This document shows positions 1 through 10,410 of a stretch of 64,000 nt of DNA, piece after piece (the first letter of the stretch is position 1; each line of letters opens with the position of its first letter). The notes under the pieces are model-generated. The model did not search any database, was not told where the DNA came from, and was given only the letters and a program-made list of their open reading frames with translations. The translations under genes and the position numbers were made by a program. The DNA is from Adineta vaga (Eukaryota > Animalia > Rotifera). The DNA is taken from contig CP075493.1 in the NCBI GenBank assembly GCA_021613535.1, positions 12,772,001 to 12,836,000 of the forward strand, in the 5' to 3' direction.

Positions 1-439
1 TCGAATGGATTATCTCAGAAAATGATGCGGATTACCAAGCACATAAATATATCAAAATACTTGAATCATATGGAAACAATTCTCGAGTTCACACTTCAAT
101 TGCGTGTATAAAAGCAAATTATCTAGAAAACGAAATAAAAGATATTGAAGGCATCGACACGATAAAAACATATTTTCATCATCATGGAAATAGCGACGTA
201 TTGCATCAACTTTTTATGAACAAATCCTCGATAACGATGATCAATTAAGTGAACTATGCATGTATAATATTCGTAATAAAAGAACGGCATTGACTGTTCA
301 GCATCTATCAGTGTATCCTCACGAAGAAGAAGTGTTTATTCTACCTTATACAGTATTCAAAATAATTGAATTAAAACATACCGGAAATTGTGTACCGCAA
401 ATTGAAATACTACTGACAGAATATGAACCATGGGATTAA
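1..439 (+). pseudogene. Disrupted 3' part of an ADP-ribosyltransferase (ART) gene, truncated by the window start
   Basis: One frame reads ...FSSSWK*RRIASTF...RTALTVQHLSVYPHEEEVFILPYTVFKI...EPWD* (S-x-S and E-x-E ART motifs), with an in-frame TAG at 191-193 and stop TAA at 437-439. The upstream part (EWIISEND...IKTYF) is in another frame and the YRG segment is missing, implying an internal deletion. Confidence 0.6.
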
Positions 440-731
440 CAGCTATTTACCATTTAAAAGAATCTATTAGGTCTACACTCTCATTCTCAATATGCTTTAT
501 AAAATCTATAATCACATATTTGTTATTGTTCGATAACTATTTATTATCAATGAAATAAAAGGAGAAAAAAATGGCTTGTGACATTTTTCTTATCTTTCGG
601 TTTGAATAAAGCCGTCATAAGGCAAAGAAAAAAATACGTGTTTTAAGTATTTTGTCTGTTCTGTAAATGACAAGGCGAAAACTCACATGTATATAATAAT
701 GAAGAGCAATTTAGAAGGACGCATAAACACC

Positions 732-2231
732 ATGGGAGTTACTGGTTCTCGAGAAAATTCAGCGAAGAAGCCCGTCGTACTCATCGTCGGAGGCGGATAT
801 GGTGAGTAAAATAAACTCATTTAAAATATCATCATTGCATTTGTCTTTATTTATTTCTACTATAAGGTGGTGTCAAATGCGCTCAATTACTCGATAAAAA
901 TGGCCAATTTTTCGTTGTACTCATTGATCGCAAATCTTATTTTCTGAACAATGTTGCTACATTACGTGCTTGTGTCGAGCCGAACTGTGCGCGTCGAATA
1001 ATGATTCCTTATGATCGACTACTTACTCATGGTTTGCATTCAACAAAATGTGAATTTTTTTCTATTTCATTTTGTTTTATTTCATGTTCTAGGTTGTGTT
1101 GTACAAGCTGAGGTGATATCGATTTCTTCGAATGGTGTGATGGTTCATGGATACGATCAACCTATTCATTTTAACTATTTAATCATTGCTACCGGATCTT
1201 CTTATGCATTTCCGGGTAAAATAGCCGAAGTTCAACGTGCACAAGCAATCTCACATTACAGTTCTATGCGAGAACAGATTGCGCAAGCACATCGAATTCT
1301 TGTTATTGGTGGAGGTTCTGTTGGTGTGGAACTTTGTGGTGAAGTGGCTACGGACTTTCCAGGAAAGGAGATTACTCTTGTGCACAGTGGTTCTACATTA
1401 CTTCAACCGAATGTATTCAATGAAAAACTGTATACTAATCTCCAACGACAGTTGGAAAAATTGAACGTTAAAATCTTGCTCAATGAGAGAATCAAATTGA
1501 TAAATGTTGCCAGTACACAATCGTCTGTCAACTATATTTATGGTGAGAAAACCTTTCTGACAGAGAATAAAAAACAATCCATAACAGCTGACCTCACATT
1601 TATTTGCACGGGAGCACCAGTAAACAATAAGAGTCTGATGAAAAGTGATCTTGCTGAAAAAATCGATCCTCAAAATGGCCGACTTAGAGTCAACGGTTAT
1701 TTACAAGTCGAAGGATGTACAAATATCTTCGCTATTGGCGACATTAGTAACAAGGAAAATCAAATGGCTTATTATGCTGAAATTCAAGCAGAATATGTTG
1801 CATCTTTAATTCGATTAATTGAAGGGAAAAAATCATATCCTAAAGAATATCAAGCTAGTCAATATCCGGTCATGTTTGTTACAGTCGGAAGGAACGGTGG
1901 AACGGGTCAACTACCCATTAAAAGTGGTCTTGTTGTCGGTTCGTAAAAATAATTTTAACTAATTGGAAATTTGAATTTTTTTTTCTTATTCTGTAAAGGA
2001 AATATGTTGGTAAAGTTGATAAAATCGAAAGATATGTTCATATCACGTACAATATCAACGATGAATTATAAAGCTCAATCATTAGACGAATCTTCACCGA
2101 ATCACTCATCGACGTATTCAGATAAACTCACTTCATTGAAGGAATGTATGGAATTGACAGAAGAGGATGCTGAACATTTGCTCGTTGGTCTCCCAGAAAA
2201 ACAAGTCGAACTTGGTCAAGATTTCGTGTAG
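732..2231 (+). CDS. AIFM2: AIFM2/FSP1-like FAD-dependent NAD(P)H oxidoreductase, 4 exons
   Basis: ATG 732 MGVTGS (myristoylation-type); VLIVGGGYGG across intron 802-866; IIATGS; second Rossmann motif VIGGGSVGVELCGE; IFAIGD. Further introns at ~1032-1092 and ~1939-1998; stop 2231. Confidence 0.85.
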
Positions 2232-2343
2232 TTTTCTAATTTTTTATTCACACATTTTAATTCATATCTTTCAATATAAACTTTGAATATAGCAAACAAA
2301 TTTCTTAAAAATTACACCTCTAACGAGAAGAATATGATACATT

Positions 2344-2369
2344 CACACCCACACCTACCCTCACCCTCA
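2344..2369. repeat. Short CCCACA/CCCTCA telomere-like repeat
   Basis: CACA CCCACA CCTA CCCTCA CCCTCA in an AT-rich spacer between convergent genes. Confidence 0.5.
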
Positions 2370-2727
2370 ATTAGGTGTTTTTCTTCTGGAATAGAAATAA
2401 TTTCGTAGTTGTATATTATTATTTACCTCCGATATGCATATTTATTAAAAGAGAAAAAAGTGTACTTCAAATTTATTCCAGGACAAATTAATGAAATATT
2501 TTTATGCAACAGGGCAATGTTACGAGTCGTATACGTTGTTATATTTAATGTATCATTTATATTGTAATATTCGATTGATATTTCAAACAAGTCGATAATA
2601 AGCAAATATTTTGAAAATTTATTTTTTAAGATAATTAAGTATATTGGCTGCTGAATGAAGTATTTTTTTTGAAAATTTACGCTTTGATACAAAACAACTA
2701 TTTTAAAGATTTTACCTATCTAGATCA

Positions 2728-3672
2728 TTACCCACACCCACCCGCAAGATGATTTTGTTGATTGAGTTGATGCACCTTGTGTTTTATGTTAATTTGAGGC
2801 TGTCTTAGAATTAACTGTTTGATGAATAATCGTACTGGATGATTATTATATATCAACATAATCATATCATAGAGCATAGCTAACGTTGGAAAAATCGCAA
2901 AGCAAATGTTAACGATATTGGAAACCTTAGCAGTCTGGTCAAATAATTGTGTCGTATAGACTGGCGCCCATCCTATTAAAAATATGATGAACGAAGCTAC
3001 CATCATTTTAAGTAAATGTGCATCACGTGCGTGCGATAATTGTCCTCCATTATTACCTGTTGCATGTACCCGTCGAGTAGAATTCTTTACGAAAATAAAT
3101 ATTCGAAAGTTACATAATGCCATGATAACAATAGGTAAGAAAATCGTAGTAATCAAGGTATAATACGATAAGATATATGATAGTATAGAAGCTGAACACG
3201 TAAAACTGTCTATGGAGAAGAAAGGAGAAGCGATAAGAAAGCTAAGAAACCATCCGGTGACGATTAAAATTAATAAAGATGCATTCAAACGAAAGATTCG
3301 ATTGTTCGCATAAACAACCGCCATCAATCTACTAACGACAAATACACAGTGCGAATACATTACTTGACATGTAGTCATAACCATCTGAAATGCTATAAAA
3401 CGACAGGACCAAATAATCCAGAAGTCAAAGAGTTGTTGAATATCCATTAATAGCAAAAATAAACATAAACATAGAGTAGTAAGACATACATTGATTGTAA
3501 ACCAATTCAATCGATTCTTACGAAATATTGGTCGAATAATGATAAGAATTGTATGAAAAAGACAGAAGATAACCGTAAGTAAGAGAATTGGTGTCTGGAT
3601 TATAGCAGATATACGATTAGTGACAGGATTATCTCTATTCAATATATTGCTTTCGTTGTTCAATGTCGTCAT
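2728..3672 (-). CDS. Orphan rhodopsin-like 7TM receptor, single exon
   Basis: 314-aa ORF with seven hydrophobic segments, TM3 Cys and SRL (DRY-equivalent), GWAP in TM6. Confidence 0.8.
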   Translation of the reverse strand: MTTLNNESNILNRDNPVTNRISAIIQTPILLLTVIFCLFHTILIIIRPIFRKNRLNWFTINVCLTTLCLCLFLLLMDIQQLFDFWIIWSCRFIAFQMVMTTCQVMYSHCVFVVSRLMAVVYANNRIFRLNASLLILIVTGWFLSFLIASPFFSIDSFTCSASILSYILSYYTLITTIFLPIVIMALCNFRIFIFVKNSTRRVHATGNNGGQLSHARDAHLLKMMVASFIIFLIGWAPVYTTQLFDQTAKVSNIVNICFAIFPTLAMLYDMIMLIYNNHPVRLFIKQLILRQPQINIKHKVHQLNQQNHLAGGCG

Positions 3673-4081
3673 GATGATGGTATCGATATTATTTCACAAA
3701 AGTTTGAAATGATGAAGTATATAATATTCTATATACTGAGTTGTTTTCTTTCATCTTTGAGAGAAAAAAATATGCATGAAGAGAAGCGTCGTCATTAATT
3801 AAAAAACGATGAGTAATTGTTCATTCTGAATAGAGACGAGAAAAATACCATAATCAGAACTGTTGATGAATAGTTCGCACTATAGAATAACTAACTTTAT
3901 ATGTTATAGATAATGATATACACTCCTTTTTTTTATATAATCGGAAGTCTTTGTAGTATTGCTTTCAAGTCATCACGTCTCTTCTCCTCATGCTTCATTC
4001 AAATTTTTTTTTTCTAAATGTACTTTTTTTTATGAAACTCATTAGTTTCTCTTTTTATCATTGTGCATATTTGAGAGATGT

Positions 4082-4155
4082 GCTCCTGTGGCGTAAGCGG
4101 CAAACGCACCCGGCTGTTAACCGGGTGATAGGTGGTTCGAGTCCACTCAGGAGCT
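4082..4155 (+). tRNA. trnN-GTT: tRNA-Asn (GTT)
   Basis: Cloverleaf: acceptor GCTCCTG/CAGGAGC, D stem GCGT/ACGC, anticodon stem CCCGG/CCGGG with loop CTGTTAA, T arm GGTGG-TTCGAGT-CCACT; downstream T-run (Pol III terminator) at ~4169-4177. Confidence 0.9.
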
Positions 4156-4475
4156 GTTTGTTTTACTCTTTTTTTTTATAATTAACAATCAAATTGGGAA
4201 AGTTTTCAGCATTCTGAATCAAAGAATGATGAAATTATACTTACCTCACTATACTGACATCTGTATTATACAGTATATATAACAAATAATTTAAAGCAAT
4301 TTTCAAAAAAACGTATTGACGGTTATCGAATTATTCAGAACGAATGAAAAGAGTAACTATTGACTCATATATACATAACTTAATTTTACCTTGAATAGGT
4401 AAATGATGTCAAGTTATATAGTGATCAAAATATATAAACTTTTGATAAATTAGAAAGCATATATATGTGTAAAAT

Positions 4476-7400
4476 ATGTCTTCAAAATCAACATTAAGTC
4501 TTCATACAATACCCGTAGAATTTGTCTATCGTATTCTTGATAAACTCGATGTTTTAACTATTTTTTGGTCATTACAAAATGTTTGTCAACGATTAAATAC
4601 AATTCTAATTACTTATCAGCCATATCAAGTGTGTTTAGAAATTTCAAAACTTAAAAAACTCATATTTTCTTTGTTTAATCATAGTTATTGAACGAACTTG
4701 AGTTTCATTCCAAAAATCTTAGTCCTACACAAATACAACATATAGCAAATGCATTACAATACCATAAAGTATAAGATTTTCTCTTTCATCTTACAAGATA
4801 TCGTAGATTTATTGTAGGCAATCATTTAACTTATTCTAGTCAGTTCTAAAGTCGAACTTACAGAAATACAACATATTGCACATATGTTAAAATATAATCG
4901 AGTAAATTCATTCATTTTATAGACTTTGAGAAAAAAACTTGAGGGTAGACACTTACTGTAATGAATCTCAACTCTACTGGACTTGATACTGAAGGTGCAC
5001 AATTATTAGCTGATGGATTACGATATAATACAGTAAAAATCATTTGTTTTTCTTTCTCGATTTAATTGATTTTGAAAAGACATTGACGACACTCGATCTT
5101 TCATGGAATAATATTCATAATCAAGGAGCATTACATATAGCGAATGCTTTACGAGAAAATACAGTTAGAAAAATTCTTTCTTTGATCAATATTACACAAG
5201 TTATTTAGACATTAATTACATTGAATGTTTCATGGAATGATTTCACTAGTGAAGGAATTCATTATCTACTAGAATCGTTAAAACAAAATACAGTAGAATT
5301 ATCATTCCAATCATCAAATCCGTATAAGATTTCATCTAGACACTCGAAACATTAGACTTCGATCACCGTGCAAAATCAATTGAAGCATTATGGTATATAG
5401 AAAATGCTAAATATGGAATGATAGTAGGACAAACATTCATTTCATTCACAGATTGTTTGAATTATTTCATGCAGTCAATTGCATATTTACAACTTGATAA
5501 TTTTCAATTGAGTGATGCACATGTACAAATCTTAGCCAATGCATTACAAGAAAATACAGTAAGAAATATTTCTCAATACGTCTCTTTTTTTAGATTCATT
5601 TGTATAGAGATTAATTGATTTGAATCTTTCAAATGACCAAATCAGTGATGAAGGCGCAAAATATCTAGCTCGTGCATTACGATATAATAAGGTGAAATGA
5701 ATTTTCGAGTTATTGGTATATATCATTATATGTATTGTGTTCAATATAGACATTATCGACATTAAATCTCTCTCGAAATCGTATTGGTGTGAATGGTTTA
5801 CGAGATTTAGCTGATGCATTATTAATAAATAAAGTAAATATCAAATTCTATTTATTTCTACGAAATTATAAACATCATTTCAGACACTTCTTACACTTGA
5901 TGTTCAGAACAATAATATAAATCCTCAAGGTGAACGATACCTAATAAATGCTCTTCAACATAACAAAGTAAATGATCATATTTTAATCTTTCATCTAATA
6001 GATATATAGGCGAAGTTTTCTATTTCAGACATTAACAACACTGTATATTCAAAGTTGGATTAATCGTGTCAGAGCAATACGACATGTACTTAATATTATT
6101 GAGCAAATTGACGTATAAATTCTATCACTTATTGACGAGATTTTTCTTTAAAATTGATTTTTAATAGAAGCTAACTACATTGGATTTAAGGATGCGTTAT
6201 ATTCATGATGCAGAAGTACGATTGTTGGCTGATACATTAAAAACTAATTCTGTAAGAGAAATTCATTTGTATCGTATATATTTATTTATTTATTTATTTA
6301 TATGATATAGACATTGATAACATTAAATCTTCAAGAGAACAGAATTACTGATGATGGAAAATATTATTTATTAAAAGCTTTATTACAAAATAAAGTAAGA
6401 TTAGTTATGATCAACTGTTCTTCTTGTTATTTGAATATAGACATTAATGGAATTATATATCGAACCATCGAAAAATCTTGCCACTCTAATACCTGAAACC
6501 CTTAATGTCATTCATTTGATTTCAGTAAGATAAATATTCATTTTCATACATCTCTACGTAATTCAATAAAGACTTCTGCTACGTTGGATCTCCGTCATCG
6601 AGGTTTTTCTCATCTACAGATACGATTATTCGCTGATGCCTTACAAATTAGTAATGTAAGACTACCTTTCTATTTGTCTATACGAGAATGATAGTTACAT
6701 TCGCTGTTAAAAACAGACACTCATCACATTAGATCTTCAGAATAATAATATCAATGACGAAGATGCAAAACATCTAAGTCATGCCTTAAAAACGAACAGA
6801 GTACGATCAATTCTTTTCTCCATGATTATTTCACAAATATCATTCGAAATCTAGACACTCACTATACTCAATCTTGAATATAATCAAATTCATTCTGAAG
6901 GAATCATGCATATGTTATATATGTTACAAGAGAACACTGTATATTAATTAAAATCTTTATTTCTATTATATATGATCATCGATACATAGTTTTTAGACAC
7001 TCAAAACAGTTCATCTAAAATGTTTTGAAAACAATAATATTAATGCAAAATATCTAGGAGCTGCCATATATCAATCGAAAGTAAGACTATAACATTCTAT
7101 ACGTTTGTTTGAATACAAAATCTTATCTTTGAAAATAGACACTCAAGATATTGAATCTACAAAACAATCATATCCATCTTCTTGATATGCGACATCTTAC
7201 TAATGCTTTAAAACATAATACAGTAGAACTCATCGTCCATTCAATGATTTTCAATACGCTCTATTCTTATGTTTTAGACAATTACTACATTAAATCTTGA
7301 AAATTGTCACATCAAGAATAGAATGGTGAACTTTTTGAATGATATGTTGATAATCAATAAGGTAAGATTCGATTGTAAACTAGTACAATTATTTGAATAA

Positions 7401-8795
7401 ATCAATACTCAGACACTTATAAATATCAATCTAAAAGATAATATGATTACAGATCACGGTAGTTTTGGTTTGATTTATGGGTTAAGAAACAATGTTGTAA
7501 GATGAGATAGCTATTTAGTTCTCGTCTATTTATTAAAGTCTAGACGTTGATTCGATTGGATTTAGAGGGAAATAATATCTCTCTCGAAATGGCACAACGT
7601 TTAGCCAAAGCTCTACGTCAAATTACAGTAAATAAACCACGATGTTTCTTTTCTATGCATCTCAATTTACACTTATTGCAGCCAGTTCTTGGATTCAATT
7701 TTGAACGAAATGCTATGAATAATGAAGAAGTACAACAGTTGATTAATAAATTACAACAAGATACAGTAATAGACCAAGTTAATGCATTGCATTTGGAAGG
7801 TAATAAAATTGATGGTGTTGCTGCAAAACAATTAGCAAGGGTTTTGTACAAAAATACAGTAAACTTCTCTTAATTCATTCTATTTCTTCAATGTCATGCA
7901 TGATTGTAGACCTTAACTATACTGAATCTATCAAACAATGCAATTGATGATAAAGAAGGACGACGTTTCGCTAATTTATTACGAAATAATCATGTTTGAT
8001 GAATTGTTTGAACTATTTATTGTCATGTCAATTTGCTTCTCTTTAATCTAGACGCTTACTACAATCAATCTCGAAAAGAATAGAATTGGTAATGTAGTTG
8101 CAAAACGTTTTGCACGTTCCTTAGAACAGAATACGGTAATGTGACAATCTCTCTGACATGCGCTGTACGCCTGATACGGTTTTTCTCATCTAATGGATTA
8201 TCCTTATTTCTGTACATTCTGATGTACTTTGATAGAATATTTTCTTGCGTTCTCTTCTGTAGGGACGAGTATATAAACGCGTGTTTTGTATCAGAACGAT
8301 GCGATTTTAGAGGAAGAAATAAATAAACGCGTAGTTCCATCAGCGCATACATCTCTTCCATCAAAAATCGTCACAGGTAAGATTAATATTACAATTATTT
8401 AGTATACATATAGTATGATATAGACACTAACGACTCTATATCTTGGTTGGAATAATATTACTGATGAAGGAGCTCAATGTTTACTTGATGTTTTACGAAA
8501 AAATAAAGTAGATTTTTATTCATATTTATATTATCATATCAATTGATCAATCATCATTCAGACACTCATAACATTAGGTTTAGAATACAATCAAATCAGT
8601 TCGAAAGGAGTACAAAATTTGATTTATATTTTGCAAAAAAATAAGGTATAGTATATTTCTATTTTATTCATTTCTATTCGATGAATATAGACACTTCTAA
8701 CGTTAAATTTGGAAGGCAACAGCATTATTGTTGAAGAAGGACAATTTCCTACTAAAGATCTTGAAACAAATTTATCACGAATCAAACTTTTATAA
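4476..8795 (+). CDS. F-box-like + ribonuclease-inhibitor-type LRR protein: 29 exons, 29 LRR units in 84-nt phase-0 modules; exon 3 has an in-frame TAA
   Basis: Exon 1 4476-4628 (LHTIPVEFVYRILDKLD...LQNVCQRL). LRR exons start at 4685, 4818, 4949, 5080, 5209, 5340, 5475, 5608, 5749, 5884, 6029, 6168, 6311, 6441, 6572, 6717, 6855, 6997, 7139, 7278, 7413, 7544, 7682 (double), 7910, 8052, 8424, 8562, 8691. Each lies between AG and GT and encodes 28 aa (TLxxLxLxxNxIxxxGxxxLxxxLxxN); terminal TAA 8793-8795. Confidence 0.85.
8140..8375 (+). mobile_element. Solo LTR (236 bp) in an intron of the F-box/LRR gene
   Basis: TG...CA ends with imperfect terminal inverted repeat TGTGACAAT / ATCGTCACA (8/9), 5-bp direct repeat GGTAA at 8135-8139 and 8376-8380, internal TATATAAA (~8270) and AATAAA (~8318), higher GC than the other introns. 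Confidence 0.8.
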
Positions 8796-8941
8796 TAGAC
8801 AAATAAAAGCCTCGCAGACCTGAGAAGTCAATCACGTTGGAATATACGTATTTATCAATAAAACGTGCATTAAATTGGCATTTGAATCTGATAGATAACG
8901 TTGAAACTATTTTTTAAGAACGTGCTATAGATAGAGTTGAT

Positions 8942-8995
8942 TTGAGGGTGGGTGTGAGGTGTAGCTATATCTTCTTCATCCACACCCACCCTCAA
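8942..8995. repeat. Hairpin with perfect 15-bp telomere-like arms
   Basis: TTGAGGGTGGGTGTG (8942-8956) is the exact reverse complement of CACACCCACCCTCAA (8981-8995). Confidence 0.7.
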
Positions 8996-9021
8996 GATGT
9001 TCTTTCAGTTAATTTCTTCAT

Positions 9022-10365
9022 TTATGTTACACTGTTAATAGCTGATCGATATGTATGTCGAAGTTTTCCCCAGAATGATACAGGTACGTGTAAATATTCT
9101 AAATGAACTTCCGCAATTGTCAATCGTTGCTGTCGTTTTGAATAGATAACAACGTCGCGGTTTATCTTTTTAACAATAAATAGATTTCCAGGCATGAAAA
9201 GTATTTCTTTTTCATGTTTATATTCTGAAATATCTGCAATACCCATGACAGTCGGAGATTTTACCTTTGTTTCGATAACAAATAAAACTCCAGTTTGATC
9301 ATTTTCAGGTGGACGATCAAAAATAAATTCCAGAGCTATATCTTTATCTTCACTTGTTGATGTAAATGCCTTAAAAGCAATAACACCACGTGGTTGATGT
9401 GCAAGTGCGATTTCATACAATGCTAATTCATCTGATTTCATTGTTGCACCACGATATGCAAGACCAATATATGCACGTTTCTTTAATTCATCATCACGAA
9501 TATGAAATTCAATAATGAATCGATCGCATAGGTGAGGACTTGTATCAGGTTCATGAGGTGAATCAGCAAGTTGATGATTGAGTAATTTGTAAAAACGAGT
9601 TTCACTTGAATAAATTCTAAGCAGAGGTTCAATGGAATTCTTTTGATGAGCTTGATCAAATTCTTCAAGAGTTTTCTCATAATTATGACCTAATTTTTTC
9701 TTCAGAAAATCTTTAAAATCATTATTTTTATGAAGATGAAATGAATCAAGATTCAAGTTTTCAGCTTGAAATAAACTTGGAAATGTACGAGAAAACCAGG
9801 TGAATAATCTCAACCACATTGCTGTTGTTTGATGATTGAGAGAATATCGATAAACATCATCTTCAGTTTCAAAACCTTCAAAAAATTCTAATGAAACTTT
9901 ATTAATTTCCTCAGTGATATCATCTTTTGGTAAATAAAAACTTGCTATTGATTTTGTTGCAACAGAATCATGAAAACGATCTGAAGTTTCTGATCGAAGA
10001 AATAATTTTTGCATACGAGGTGTTGTTGCTTCTTCAGAAGGTATTTTGCCATTGCGATTCATTGTAGTTCGAGAACATCGATGTTCTAGTAGAAGTTCAA
10101 CGATTTCAGCATGTCCATTTTCAGTAGCTATGTGAAGTGCTGTATTACCATTACATTCAAGTTTAACTAAATCATCAATGAATGGGCGATCTGATCTCTC
10201 GAGACTTTGACGTACTTCTTCTATTTTACCCTCGGCACAAAGTGTATAAAAATCCGACATCTGACCATCAATACAACGCATTGATTTCGCTCTTTTCAAT
10301 TTAGCTTCACAATGTCGATGATAGGGACTACGTGGTTTTTTATTGAGACTTCCTCCAGCACCCAT
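9022..10365 (-). CDS. Ankyrin-repeat NAD(+)-arginine ADP-ribosyltransferase (R-S-E class), single exon
   Basis: MGAGGS N-terminus; ankyrin NGNTALHIATENGHAEIVELLL; ART motifs AYRG, FTSTS, EKEILF (E-x-E). Confidence 0.85.
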   Translation of the reverse strand: MGAGGSLNKKPRSPYHRHCEAKLKRAKSMRCIDGQMSDFYTLCAEGKIEEVRQSLERSDRPFIDDLVKLECNGNTALHIATENGHAEIVELLLEHRCSRTTMNRNGKIPSEEATTPRMQKLFLRSETSDRFHDSVATKSIASFYLPKDDITEEINKVSLEFFEGFETEDDVYRYSLNHQTTAMWLRLFTWFSRTFPSLFQAENLNLDSFHLHKNNDFKDFLKKKLGHNYEKTLEEFDQAHQKNSIEPLLRIYSSETRFYKLLNHQLADSPHEPDTSPHLCDRFIIEFHIRDDELKKRAYIGLAYRGATMKSDELALYEIALAHQPRGVIAFKAFTSTSEDKDIALEFIFDRPPENDQTGVLFVIETKVKSPTVMGIADISEYKHEKEILFMPGNLFIVKKINRDVVIYSKRQQRLTIAEVHLEYLHVPVSFWGKLRHTYRSAINSVT

Positions 10366-10410
10366 TTGAATACAAATATATGTCTGAAAATATAGAAACT
10401 AAATGATGAT

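Noticed and set aside
8065-8364. Short ORFs overlapping the solo LTR
   Set aside because: No recognisable motifs; incidental frames in LTR sequence
4685-8795. CRISPR-like periodicity (~135-nt period with recurring 'tagaca')
   Set aside because: The periodicity is explained by 84-nt coding exons plus short introns; there are no identical direct repeats and no cas genes
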